Shown one piece after another: positions 41,283 through 51,526 of a DNA stretch of 64,000 nucleotides. The stretch lies in contig CAKKNE010000005.1 of assembly GCA_918797485.1 (NCBI GenBank), forward strand, positions 3,906,001-3,970,000, in the 5' to 3' direction. This DNA comes from Pelagomonas calceolata (taxonomy: Eukaryota). The position numbers and the translations under genes are program-made. Every line of letters starts with the position of its first letter. The first letter of the stretch is position 1. The notes beneath the pieces were generated by a model that saw only the letters and a program-made list of their open reading frames with translations, was not told the origin of the DNA and did not search any database.

Positions 41283-43247
41283 ATGCTCGGCGCCCTCCGA
41301 TTAAAGGCGAAAGCCGCAAAAGTCGGCGTCGAGGACGACTCGGCCACGCTGTCGACCTGGAGTGTAGCGACGGCGTCGACCATTAGTGAAGCGCCGGCGC
41401 CCGCCGCGCCCGAGGCCGAGGCGCCCGCGGCCTACGCTTGTACTCCCGCCCCCGCGCCCGGCCCAGCACCTGCAATAGAACCCTCGTCCCTAGAAAAGCT
41501 GCGCGAGAAGTGGCAGGAACTCTACAACAGGGCCGCGGACAACGCGGTCAATCGCTGGTACAAAAAGTGCAAAAGACACGGCGCGTTCATTTTGCTGAGT
41601 CCGCCGAACCAGGCGAGGTGCGTGCAAGCAAGGACGCTGAAGCTCGCCAAGCCTCGGTGGTCGCCCGCTTCCGAACGCATCTTCAAATATCTACACTTGG
41701 CGCCGTGCGAGGTCGACGTCTTGTATTCCTTATTTCGGACGGCCGACGCCGATAACTCCAACACCTTGGCGGTGGGCGAGTTGATGGAGTTTCTCGACTT
41801 AAAACATTCGGACTTCGCGAACCGGGTCTTCTGCATGCTGGAGTACATGCGCGGCTGGCACGTGTCTGGGAGTTGCGATTTTGAAGCTTATGTCGTTTCT
41901 GTCTGGAACATCTGTACGTTAGATACGGACGAGTTTCGGGATTTCGTCTTTGAGTTGTACGATGCGGATGAAAGCGGTTACCTGGACCGGGAAGAGGCCC
42001 TCGACCTAGTTGTGGACATCACGACGGAGGCGTTCGCGGGTACGGAAAGGAGTGCATTGCTGTTACAAGATCTAGTGACGCTGATCGCCGAAAGCCCACT
42101 GGAGGCCATCTCCAAGGAGGACTTCAAGGAATTTACGGCTTCTAGACCGGCGTTGCTAGGACCGGGCTACCAGCTGAGACAGCGCATGAGAATGAAATTC
42201 GGCGGCGAGGCCTTCTGGGACTGGATAGCAATGCGACGCAAGGTCCAGGGCGGCGTCGCGGCCGTCGACGAGGCGGGGCAAATATCTTCCACATTTGTAC
42301 CCTTGAGGAGGTTACTCCTGGACTACGATGAAAGCAGGAGTGAACCGCCCATGGTCCACGAGCGGAACCACGACCAGGAGAACATCCGGCATCGCATACG
42401 GAAGCGCAAATTACAAATCATCGAGAAGATCATTTCCCAGCGGAGCATGTCGATGTGTACGACCGTCGTAAGACAGAACAAGCAGAACCCCCTCATGGCC
42501 GAGTTCTTGCATGAACGAAGGATAGGGTTGGAGATGTTGGACGAGATGGAGGAGATGCGGAGAGATGTCGAAGAGGGGGCCTTCCAGCTGCCCGCTGCGT
42601 TCCGAGACGACGTGGAGCTGACCTCGAATATGATGCGCCTCAAGTCGATGGAGAGCGAACGGAAATTTAGGGATAAAGAAAGATCGAAGTTAGTGAAGTG
42701 GATCGGCTACTCGGACAACTTCGAGAAGATCTACGACGACCCCGACTTCTCTACGATCAAGGAGAAGGCTCGGGAACGCCAAGCGCTCAAAGACCTCGAG
42801 AACGCGGGCAACCCGGAGATCGCGCGGCAGCTCGAGGCGAAGCGCAAGGCCGAGGAGGAGGCGCTGCATCGCGCGCGGACGTCGTCCGCGGCCTTGGCTC
42901 GTGCTGCGAAAGCTCGGTGGGCCCAGGTTCAAGAAAGGATGGCCGCGACCGCAGACCGGAAGCAGGAGGCGCGGACGGCGCGTTTGGCGCAGATCGCGGA
43001 GCTGGCGCGGCAGAAAGAGCTCGAGGCATCGTCGTCGTCGGAGTATGAGTCCGGGTCCGAGGAGGAAAGCGGCGAGGAGAGCTCCGGCGACGAGGCGACC
43101 GGCGAGGACGGCAGCGCGGCTTCCCCAGAGGAGGAGGCGAGCGCCGAGGACGGCGCCCTGGAAGACATCGAAGAGGGGGAGGAGTCCGAGGACGAGGTCA
43201 GTGACCTGGAGGAGCCTGACGGCGCGCCGCGAATAGTTGATGACTAA
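41283..43247 (+). CDS. EF-hand calcium-binding protein, paralog of 14304-16544
   Basis: DADNSNTLAVGE and DADESGYLDREE loops; PALLGPGYQLRQRMRMKFGGEAFW; coiled coil and acidic tail. Confidence 0.85.
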   Translation: MLGALRLKAKAAKVGVEDDSATLSTWSVATASTISEAPAPAAPEAEAPAAYACTPAPAPGPAPAIEPSSLEKLREKWQELYNRAADNAVNRWYKKCKRHGAFILLSPPNQARCVQARTLKLAKPRWSPASERIFKYLHLAPCEVDVLYSLFRTADADNSNTLAVGELMEFLDLKHSDFANRVFCMLEYMRGWHVSGSCDFEAYVVSVWNICTLDTDEFRDFVFELYDADESGYLDREEALDLVVDITTEAFAGTERSALLLQDLVTLIAESPLEAISKEDFKEFTASRPALLGPGYQLRQRMRMKFGGEAFWDWIAMRRKVQGGVAAVDEAGQISSTFVPLRRLLLDYDESRSEPPMVHERNHDQENIRHRIRKRKLQIIEKIISQRSMSMCTTVVRQNKQNPLMAEFLHERRIGLEMLDEMEEMRRDVEEGAFQLPAAFRDDVELTSNMMRLKSMESERKFRDKERSKLVKWIGYSDNFEKIYDDPDFSTIKEKARERQALKDLENAGNPEIARQLEAKRKAEEEALHRARTSSAALARAAKARWAQVQERMAATADRKQEARTARLAQIAELARQKELEASSSSEYESGSEEESGEESSGDEATGEDGSAASPEEEASAEDGALEDIEEGEESEDEVSDLEEPDGAPRIVDD

Positions 43248-43259
43248 AAACATAACTAA

Positions 43260-44915
43260 TTAAGACTTGCGAGGCGTCGCGTCGACGACGACCTTGCCGC
43301 CCCGCTCATAAATTCTATAAGAAAGGTGCCGCCGCAGCGAGCGCAACAACAACTCCAGGACCGCCTCGAAATTCCCTAAAAGCGGCGCGAGGGCCGCGCC
43401 GCGCCGCGCCATGCGGCACGCCAAATCTTGTGGAATGGCGGACCGCAGCGCCCCCGCGATGTGGGGCGCGTCGCCCTCGAAGGCCCGGAAGGCGGCGCCC
43501 GCCCAGTCGATGATATCATCAAAAGGCAGCCGCCACCCGTCCGAGACGACGACCGGCACCGCGCCATGATCTAAGACTTCCAAGAAGCGGTACGAGAACC
43601 GCGAGTGGCCCCGCGGCACTAATCCAAAGGTCGCGTTCCTCATAAAATCAGCATACGGAAAATCACCGTCCGGGACGCAGCAGGGGACGCCGTCGTCCGC
43701 GTCTTCACAGAGCTTGGGGCGGAACTCTCCTATATCATAAGCGTCGCGACAGATGGTCATAATTGTGTTTCTCGTTTTGACAGATGCGCTCAGGAAGGGC
43801 CTTACAATATGCGTGTCGCGGCCGCGGAACGCTACAATACCACCAGAAGCGCAGGCCGCTTCTACTGGATACCGCGGCCCGGGGAACCGCGGCGTCGGCA
43901 ATGGGACGCCTCTATACCCATCCTCGAGGGCCGCCCCCGCAACAACAACACGCTCGACGGCCGACGGTCGAGGCGAACCGCGCATGTCGAACACCACCAG
44001 CTTCGCGTGGCTTCGTAAACCCTGGGCCCCAAACTTCTCGAGCAGCCACAAGTAGCCGTGGTCCCGCGGCGGCCACTTGTCCGGGAACCAGCCGTAGGTG
44101 TCGTTCGTCGCGCCGGGCAGGCACCCTCTCCACCTACGCATGTTCGCCGTGCCGGCGCCCGCGTGCATGCGCGGCCAGTTCCGCTCCTGCGCCGTCTCGA
44201 CGTCGAGGAACACGACGTCCGCGTCTCTTATATCAAAAACGCGCGCCGGGTGCGTCGCGAGGGCGTCGTACATGGCGTGCGACCATTTCGATTCGCACCC
44301 GCGCCACCGCCGCGACACATGCGGGCTCCGCCAGCTCACGGCGGTCAGGTAGAACCTTGGTGGTGTTTCGCCGAGCGCCTCCACGACTTCCGAAGCTCGA
44401 AACTCGGCCCGGACCTCCCCGTCGGCCCGCTCCGCCCTCTCACCTTCCCACTCGCTCTGCCAGTCGTCGCCGTCGCGCTCGGCCATAATACTGACTGTTT
44501 CGCCGTCGCAGCCCCGCGCGAACGGCGCGCCGAGATTTTGCCGCGCTTCCAACGTCAGGCTCAGGATCGCCTGGCACGTCGCGTTCCGCGCTTGCACGAT
44601 CGTCGCCTCGACGGTCTCCCGTTCCGGCAAATTCAATGCCAGGACGCCCGCCTCGACGGCCCGGCGGACGTCGCCGCCAAAGGCTCCGATCCGCGCGACG
44701 AGCTCGAGCCCGCGGAAGACGCAGCCCGCCTTGAGCTGCGCGTCCTCGCCGTGCCAATCAAAGTCGTCGTCGCCGCCCGGCGGGCACCAGTAGGCCTCGA
44801 GCTGCAGTTTCAGTGTTTGGTCGTCGACCTCGAAGCAGCTGACGTAGGGTAGGCAGACGACGTAGGCCCGCACTTGTGGGAGGCAGAGCAGCGCCGCCGC
44901 GGCCGCCCGCCTCAT
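43260..44915 (-). CDS. Exostosin-family glycosyltransferase (GT47)
   Basis: YADFMRNATFGLVPRGHSRFSYRFLEVLDHGAVPVVVSDGWRLPFDDIIDW; signal peptide. Confidence 0.88.
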   Translation of the reverse strand: MRRAAAAALLCLPQVRAYVVCLPYVSCFEVDDQTLKLQLEAYWCPPGGDDDFDWHGEDAQLKAGCVFRGLELVARIGAFGGDVRRAVEAGVLALNLPERETVEATIVQARNATCQAILSLTLEARQNLGAPFARGCDGETVSIMAERDGDDWQSEWEGERAERADGEVRAEFRASEVVEALGETPPRFYLTAVSWRSPHVSRRWRGCESKWSHAMYDALATHPARVFDIRDADVVFLDVETAQERNWPRMHAGAGTANMRRWRGCLPGATNDTYGWFPDKWPPRDHGYLWLLEKFGAQGLRSHAKLVVFDMRGSPRPSAVERVVVAGAALEDGYRGVPLPTPRFPGPRYPVEAACASGGIVAFRGRDTHIVRPFLSASVKTRNTIMTICRDAYDIGEFRPKLCEDADDGVPCCVPDGDFPYADFMRNATFGLVPRGHSRFSYRFLEVLDHGAVPVVVSDGWRLPFDDIIDWAGAAFRAFEGDAPHIAGALRSAIPQDLACRMARRGAALAPLLGNFEAVLELLLRSLRRHLSYRIYERGGKVVVDATPRKS

Positions 44916-45059
44916 ACTATGCTCTCAGGGTGATTTGAGCAGCAGCACACGCCGTCGACGCGGCGAACGGCTCGCATGCGTGGGGCGCAGCATCATGCGA
45001 GGTCCTGTGACCACCTGTGGGGCTGCCCGCGAGCACACGCTCCGCATGGCAGCCAAGTT

Positions 45060-45084
45060 GCTAGTGTCTTTACAGACCGCTAGC
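45060..45084 (+). promoter_or_regulatory. CTAG-N15-CTAG upstream element
   Basis: GCTAGTGTCTTTACAGACCGCTAGC, 184 bp before ATG 45268. Confidence 0.7.
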
Positions 45085-45267
45085 TGACTGGTTTTTCACG
45101 CCGGCGCCGACAAAATAATTGATTGCGGTAGTTTCATCACGTCGGCACTTTCGCAGAGCCTACCCCGCACACACGGATTTGCCTCAACGCGTAAATATAG
45201 ATATATCTGAAGAGCCAGAGACTTGTTCCTGAGTTTGCCTCAAGGTCCAATTGTGACGGTCGGCCAG

Positions 45268-46309
45268 ATGCCGCCGCCTGTCAATAACCCGCTAGCAGCG
45301 GCGTGTTACTACGATCAGCCAGACATAGTCAAAGCACTTCTCGCGTCCGGAGCGGATCCGCTGGCGGGGGGCGACCGCGGACCGTGATCTGGCCATATTC
45401 AGATCCCTGTTTTGCGCCATACGTCACCCGAATGCCCGGAGCGTGACGTGTATCGAGCTGCTGCTGGCGACCGACAAATTCGAGCTGGTGGCACAGAGGG
45501 GCTCGACGTGCTCGCCGTCTCTCACTCCCCTCGTCGGCTTTTTGTCAGACATGGCCGATGATCCACACTATGATACTCCGTTGGAGCCTACGCCGCCGCC
45601 GGGCTGGCCAGCGGATAAGTGGGCCACCAAGTTGGCCAATAAGGAAAATTATTGGTCTGCCAAATTGGCAATCGTCTGCCTGCTGTTGGACGCGGGGGCG
45701 TCGCTCGAGCCCCTCAAGGAGGCTGCGCGTGGTGAGAGACCAGGGAGGATTCATGACGTGTTCGAGCACGCGCGGGTGATTGGAAATGCAGGCATCATGC
45801 GCGTGCTCGAAGAGGCCGCGCGTCTACGTTACTCACCGAAGACGCATGGCCGCTTTCCACGACCTGCGCGCTATGCCGCCGCGGAGGTTCTCCGACTCGG
45901 CTATCAGATCGGATCCCAGGCCCTGGTCCCAGTCTGGGCCGAACACGTTCTCCCGTTCCTCGTCTCACGGACAAGTCGTGGCTCGACGCCGACCCCGCCG
46001 CGCAGCGTGCTTTTTATCGACGCGCTATCCGACGAACAGGTCGAGGCGATGCTCGAGGGTGCCTACGCCGAGCACGCGACGCGTGAGCTCCAGCGGCGGG
46101 CGGATGGCGGGAATACGGCGGAATCCAACATCAAGGACGCGCTACGGGAGTGGCCTCATGAGCGATCGCTACTGAATTGCCTGGCCCTATGTGGTGACGC
46201 CTGGGAGGCGGGGGCCGATATTCTCCGCGCCCGTGGGCCCTTGGATGACGACCCACCGTCGGTCAGAATTTTCCTAGCCTCGAGCAGCAACGCAAGGATA
46301 GAAGAGTAA
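45268..46309 (+). pseudogene. Ankyrin-like protein with a frameshift at the G6 run 45366-45371 (pseudogene or assembly error)
   Basis: MPPPVNNPLAAACYYDQPDIVKALLASGADP is an ankyrin repeat; removing one G joins it to ORF 45443-46309. Confidence 0.65.
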
Positions 46310-46413
46310 GTACGTACAAAAAAACGGCAATATAGACCAGAGAGATCACGCGTCGTCGGCGCGAGAGCTACTGGCGGGTTCTACGGAGAAAAAGATTAGG
46401 CGCTACACACGCG

Positions 46414-47571
46414 TCAGAACGCCCCCTGACGCCCAAACACCGAGAACTTCATGACGGCGTCGGCGACGGGCACGGGCAGCAGGCCCGCGACGGGCGTCGC
46501 GCGCGAGTCGGGGCCCACCTTGTAGCCGTGGAGCGGTCTTCCGGCAGCGAGCGCGAGCCGAATACGCTTGGCGACCTCGGACACGTGCGTGCCCTTCTCG
46601 TTGAGGGAGTACTCGATGAAGCGATCTAGCAAAGGCCCGTACTCGTCGCGGGCTTGCGACGTGCCGAGGCGCTTCTGGCAGTCCGCCCACATGACCTCGT
46701 TCAGCTTCAAACCGTTCTCCACGAGCATCGTCGGCTTGACGAAGCCCGGCGAGATGATGCAGGCGTCGATCGGTTTCTCCGTAAGCTGCATTTCCACCCT
46801 AAATGAACGGACGAAGGCCTCGACGGCGAATTTTGACGCCATGTACGCCGTTAATAGGGGCGGCACGGGCGTCAGCACGCCGCCGCCGGTGCCCGTGAAG
46901 ACCATCCTACCTCTTCTTTTCGTTACCTTGCAGCCCTGCCGCACGAGGGGCATCAGCGCTTGCGCGACTCTTACGTAGCCAAAAAAATTAACGTCCATCT
47001 GCTTCTTATAGATGTCGATGGGGATGAACTCGCCGGGGCCGTTGTAGCCCATGCCCGCGCACTGGACGACGGCTATGAGGCCCGTACCGCTCTCCCGCAA
47101 ATCCTTTTCTACGTCTTGCGCCGCTTTTGCGACCGAGGCGTCGTCGCAGACGTTTAGTGAGATCGCCTTGAGCTTCTTCCCCTGCGCCGCGTCGAGCTGG
47201 GCCCGGAGCTTCTTTTCCGAAGCCGGCGAAAAGCAGCCCGCGTAGACGCGCTCGTAGCCGGACGTCTTACACAGATGGAGGACCGTCGCCTCGCCCATGC
47301 CGCTGTCGGCGCCCGTCACGAAGACCGCGCCGGTCTCCGGCTGCTTCTTGTAGATCGGTGAGAGCAAGGGCGGCACGAAGTAGGCCACGAGCGCGAACGC
47401 CGCATATTGGAGCGTCGTGGGCTCGCAGACCTTGGACAGCGCGACGCAGCCGGCGCCAATTGTGAAGGCCTTGTGCAGGTAATTGCGGTGCAGCGCCGCG
47501 ACGACGAGCGTCACGACGACCACGTCCATGACCAGGTGGTTGGCATCGAGGAAGTCTTTGATAGCATCCAT
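46414..47571 (-). CDS. Short-chain dehydrogenase/reductase (RDH/17beta-HSD-like), membrane anchored
   Basis: VFVTGADSGMG and YMASKFAVE catalytic YxxxK. Confidence 0.9.
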   Translation of the reverse strand: MDAIKDFLDANHLVMDVVVVTLVVAALHRNYLHKAFTIGAGCVALSKVCEPTTLQYAAFALVAYFVPPLLSPIYKKQPETGAVFVTGADSGMGEATVLHLCKTSGYERVYAGCFSPASEKKLRAQLDAAQGKKLKAISLNVCDDASVAKAAQDVEKDLRESGTGLIAVVQCAGMGYNGPGEFIPIDIYKKQMDVNFFGYVRVAQALMPLVRQGCKVTKRRGRMVFTGTGGGVLTPVPPLLTAYMASKFAVEAFVRSFRVEMQLTEKPIDACIISPGFVKPTMLVENGLKLNEVMWADCQKRLGTSQARDEYGPLLDRFIEYSLNEKGTHVSEVAKRIRLALAAGRPLHGYKVGPDSRATPVAGLLPVPVADAVMKFSVFGRQGAF

Positions 47572-47725
47572 GGCAGCGATCTAGCCCTTGCGAGCACACA
47601 AATGCACTACTGTCTTCGACCGCTGGATCTGCGCCCGATAAGAAGCAGTCCTGCGTGACACACAGGCAATGGTGCAGCACCTTGGTCCTACAGCTGGTTT
47701 GATACGCGCCCACGAGCCAGCATTT

Positions 47726-47748
47726 CTAGCGTGTCGAGACACACTAGC
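47726..47748 (-). promoter_or_regulatory. CTAG-N14-CTAG upstream element
   Basis: Minus strand GCTAGTGTGTCTCGACACGCTAG, 155 bp before ATG 47571. Confidence 0.65.
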
Positions 47749-47883
47749 CAAATCGGTATTTATCCGAAGGCCACCCGTCGCTAGGAAGCATCCCTCCGAC
47801 CCCTCCCCGCGCACGGCTCGGAGCTTCGAATACCCGACATCAGCGTTCACGGTTTGCTTTAAGCGGCTGCGAAGCAAGGCAAA

Positions 47884-49860
47884 ATGGGGCGCCGCCGCTG
47901 GGGCCTCCTCCTCGCCGTCGTCGTGGGCGGCGACGACGACCTGCGCTCCCGCCTCGCGAGCCGGGCTGCCGCCATCCGCGCGGCGCGCGGCGAGAAGGGA
48001 GCCCCCGCTCCGCCCGTCGTCCTCCGGCCGCCGGCGCCGCGCGTCGACCACAGCGATGCTGGTGAGGGCGACGCCGTCGCCGGCGCCGCGGGCGTGACGG
48101 TGCCCGTGGCCATCGACGGCGCCGACGCGCGGCTGCGCGCCGAGCCCGGCGAGGCGCTCATTGTCGCCGCGCGGCGCTTCGCCGAGGCGCACCTGAGCCG
48201 CTACGAGGGCGGCGGCTGCGGTTTTGGAGACCGGTCCTGCGTCGTGGATCGATTGTATGAGGCGCTGCGCGAGGAAGATGCCCAGCTGCGGGAAAAGGCG
48301 GCCGAGCGCGATGCCAAGCGGCGGTTCCACATCCTGGCGGCCGTCGGCCTCGTCGTGATGATCGCAGGGATGGCCCTGCACCACCTCAAGCAACGCGCTC
48401 AACATGAAGTGGCGGCGGCGGCGGCGCGCGCCGAGGCACTATTGAAAGCCGAAGCCGCGGCCCTCCGAGCGGCGCACGACGTCGACGTGAAGCGCGCCGA
48501 GGAGCGGTCCCGGGCCGCGGCCGCGGCGCTCCAAGCGGCGCACGAGACGCGCATCAAGGAGATCCGCGCCAAGGCCTCGACGTCGCAAGCGGAGGCCGAC
48601 GAGGTCCAGCGGCTCAAGCGCGCGAACGAGGCGTTAAGGAGGCAGCTGCGGGACAAGGAGCCCGTGTCCGTGTCGCTCGCGTCGGTGCCGGCCGGCGTCC
48701 TTTATTTTACGCGCGGCGATGGCGTCGGCCAGAGCTCATACGCCATCGACGCGACCGACGCGCAGGCCCGTAAGCACCTCCAAAAGGCAGCCGAGCTCCT
48801 CCTGAACGGCGAGGGCAACGCGCACGCGCACGAGAAGGAGATCGAGCGCTGGGACCGCGTCATCCAGAGCCACCCCGAGCAGATCGAGCAGGCCGAGGCG
48901 GCGCGCACGCAGTGGCTCGCGGCGCACGCCGACGATCGAGAACAGGCGCGGCGTTTTATGAGGAGCCTCGTGCCGCCGAGCGTCTGGCGCGGGATGAAGC
49001 TCGCGGACCTCGAGGCCCGCGGCCTGAGCAAGGCCTGCGCGAAGCGTATTTTTCAGACGCCGGCGCTCTGGCTGTGTCGCGCCGAAGCCGAGCGCGTGGC
49101 CAAGTTCCACGTCGCGGACTTGCGGGGCAGGTACGCCTACGACCGGCTGACGTTGCTCGAGCTGCGGGCCGTCTTCGTGTCGCTGCCGGCGTTTTCCGAC
49201 GAAGCGAAGGCGTCGTGGAAGCAGGGCCTCGAGGACAAGCTCCGACAGTTCGAGACGGGCGACCTCCCGCCCGCGAAGGTGAGGCCGCCCTGCTTTAGTG
49301 AAGAGGGGCCCTTCGACCCGGACGCGGACGACGCGGTGATGGCGCCAGCGGCGCGCGAGGTAGGAGTGTTGACTCCGGTGACGGCGGCGGCCCGCGCCGC
49401 TCCCTCCGCGGCCGCTCCCGTCGCCGATCCGTCTGCTGACGCGCCCGTGGCCGCTCCGTCTGCTGCCTTATCCGTGCCCCCTCCCGGCAATCCTAGCAAC
49501 GACCTGATGGCCGCGATCCGGGCGCGCTCCGACCAAGCGAGGCCCGCGCGCCGCCCCGCGCCGGCCGCCGGCGGCGACCTCCTCGCGGCCATCCGCGCGC
49601 GGCGCCGCTCGCGGACGCCGCCGCCGCGCTCGCGTCGCAAGCCCGCGAAGGTCGTCGTGCCGGCGGCGCCGGGCGACGTCCTCGCAGCAATCCGGGCGCA
49701 GAAAACAAAGCTGAAGCCGAAGGTTCAAGACGAGAACGGGGCGCGGACGCCGCCGCGGAAGACGCCGGGCCCGCCGGGCCGGAGCCCGCGCTCTGCGTTC
49801 TGTGCAGTCATCAACACGCGTGCGGCGCGGGACAAGGTGCCGGCGGCGGGCTGCGTTTAG
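47884..49860 (+). CDS. Type I membrane-like coiled-coil protein with three WH2-like motifs; probable in-frame intron near 48664/48670-48765
   Basis: Signal-like N-terminus, TM HILAAVGLVVMIAGMAL, and DLMAAIRAR / DLLAAIRAR / DVLAAIRAQKTKLKP. Confidence 0.7.
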   Translation: MGRRRWGLLLAVVVGGDDDLRSRLASRAAAIRAARGEKGAPAPPVVLRPPAPRVDHSDAGEGDAVAGAAGVTVPVAIDGADARLRAEPGEALIVAARRFAEAHLSRYEGGGCGFGDRSCVVDRLYEALREEDAQLREKAAERDAKRRFHILAAVGLVVMIAGMALHHLKQRAQHEVAAAAARAEALLKAEAAALRAAHDVDVKRAEERSRAAAAALQAAHETRIKEIRAKASTSQAEADEVQRLKRANEALRRQLRDKEPVSVSLASVPAGVLYFTRGDGVGQSSYAIDATDAQARKHLQKAAELLLNGEGNAHAHEKEIERWDRVIQSHPEQIEQAEAARTQWLAAHADDREQARRFMRSLVPPSVWRGMKLADLEARGLSKACAKRIFQTPALWLCRAEAERVAKFHVADLRGRYAYDRLTLLELRAVFVSLPAFSDEAKASWKQGLEDKLRQFETGDLPPAKVRPPCFSEEGPFDPDADDAVMAPAAREVGVLTPVTAAARAAPSAAAPVADPSADAPVAAPSAALSVPPPGNPSNDLMAAIRARSDQARPARRPAPAAGGDLLAAIRARRRSRTPPPRSRRKPAKVVVPAAPGDVLAAIRAQKTKLKPKVQDENGARTPPRKTPGPPGRSPRSAFCAVINTRAARDKVPAAGCV

Positions 49861-49950
49861 GAGTGTGTGCTTCTTCTCTAAGACTCAAGTTTTACTCGTA
49901 ATGCAGCACATTCCTTCCTTTCGGACGACGTGTACTGATGGTAATCATGA

Positions 49951-50274
49951 TTAGATGCCTAGCTTCCGCTTGAGTTCGGCTTCGCGCATGCGCGTTCGCT
50001 TGGCCGCCGCGATCTCTGACTCCAGTTCTGCCGCCTCTGAGTCGATCCCGTCGTTTCCGCCGCGCATCATTGATATCAGCGACGAGACGAGCATGTCTTC
50101 CAAGCCGCCCTCTTCCCGCTGTGACCCGAGAATGGTCTTGACGGCCCCGTCGGCGATTTCCCGCAGCTTCGATGCGAGCAATGCATCCGATGCGAACTCT
50201 TCGGTCAGCGCGTCGGAATCGGCGTCCGACTCGCGGGACTCGCCGAGCGCATCGAGCTTCTGCGTTTCGCCTTG
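49951..50274 (-). CDS. Terminal exon or fragment of a hypothetical acidic helical protein
   Basis: Frame is open from 50274 right after TTTAG (acceptor-like); the first exon is not resolved. Confidence 0.4.
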   Translation of the reverse strand, partial: QGETQKLDALGESRESDADSDALTEEFASDALLASKLREIADGAVKTILGSQREEGGLEDMLVSSLISMMRGGNDGIDSEAAELESEIAAAKRTRMREAELKRKLGI

Positions 50275-50498
50275 CTAAACGCGCGAGCCGCGCTCGGTGC
50301 CCGCGGCGGCTCGTTCCAGCGCGCGAGCGAGGAGAAGCTCCGGACGCGCCGTGTCGTCAGCGTGGCCGACCGCTTCCGCCGCCCCGCCGGGGATAAATAA
50401 TAAAAATATTACTTATAGTTAGTCCTCGTTGAGCCGTGCGCCGCCGACGCCGCCCGCGAGACGCCATCAGGGAGTCCTAAGTAAAACAAGTCATAAAC

Positions 50499-51167
50499 TT
50501 AAACCGCCCGCAGCCCCGCCCCGGCCGGCCGCCAGGGCTCCATGACCAGCGGCTCCGTCTCGCGCAGGCGCATGGCCTCCACCTGCGCAGGCGTCGGCGG
50601 CGCGCGCAGGCGGTACGTCGACTCGAGCGGCATCGCGGGCCAGCACAGCTTCTGGCCGCCGTTGCCCGCCTTCGCGATTTTGTCGGCGCCATCGAAGCCG
50701 GGCGTGGACAGCGCGGTCCGGACGAGCGCACGGTGCCGCAGCAGCTCGGCGGGCGGCGGCCGCCGTCGCCGGGTCGAATGGAAGAGCGGCGCCCGCCGGG
50801 GCACGTCGCCGATGGGGTCCATGAAGCTCGGCTTCGGCTGGACGTACTCGCCGCCGGGGTCCACTCCGGTGTCAAAAGCCGCGAGGTCGTTCTGGATCCG
50901 CTTCATCGCGCGCCAGCGGGGCACGAGCGACTTCGGCGCCGTGAGTTTCTTCACGAGCGCCTCCGCCCCGTCCATGTTCGCATCGACCGCGACGTAGCCG
51001 TTCTTTTTGTCCTTGCGCAAGTCCCGGAGCGTGCCGCCGCTCTGCAGGAAGGCCTCGAACGTCTGCGCGCCCTTGTATTTATGGTAGCGCGCGTACGCCG
51101 CGCTGTCCTCCGGCTTCGGGTTGTCTTCTTGGTATGCGAGCGGCGTGCTGGCGGCGAGCGGCTGCAT
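50499..51167 (-). CDS. Hypothetical protein with N-terminal 'NPK..Y.RY..YKG..T..GG..DL..D..G' domain
   Basis: LAYQEDNPKPEDSAAYARYHKYKGAQTFEAFLQSGGTLRDLRKDKKNGYV. Confidence 0.7.
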   Translation of the reverse strand: MQPLAASTPLAYQEDNPKPEDSAAYARYHKYKGAQTFEAFLQSGGTLRDLRKDKKNGYVAVDANMDGAEALVKKLTAPKSLVPRWRAMKRIQNDLAAFDTGVDPGGEYVQPKPSFMDPIGDVPRRAPLFHSTRRRRPPPAELLRHRALVRTALSTPGFDGADKIAKAGNGGQKLCWPAMPLESTYRLRAPPTPAQVEAMRLRETEPLVMEPWRPAGAGLRAV

Positions 51168-51526
51168 GCTGCTGCAGAGTTTGATGTAGGCTGCCCCCAG
51201 CAACCAGGGAGCTGCCGCACCTGTCGATCTGCAACGCTGCGCCTCCGAACGAGTCGAGTCGCGTCGACTGGCGTCCGGCGGAGGCCGTCCGCTTGCGCTT
51301 AAATGGGCGGCGCTGCAGATGTGCAGCTCAGGGAGAGGCTTTTTGCCGCGCTAGGGTCTTCCGAACCATTCCGGGCGGAGACTTCAAAACGCGGAAGGAT
51401 GCGGAGACCGAGGTATGACTCCAGTTCGGCCGGATACTAGGCCTCTCGATTCGGGGCAGCCTGTCCAAACCACAGCGCTCTCCCGCGGAGCCGCGCCTGC
51501 CAGCAAACGAGACCACAGACAGGACC

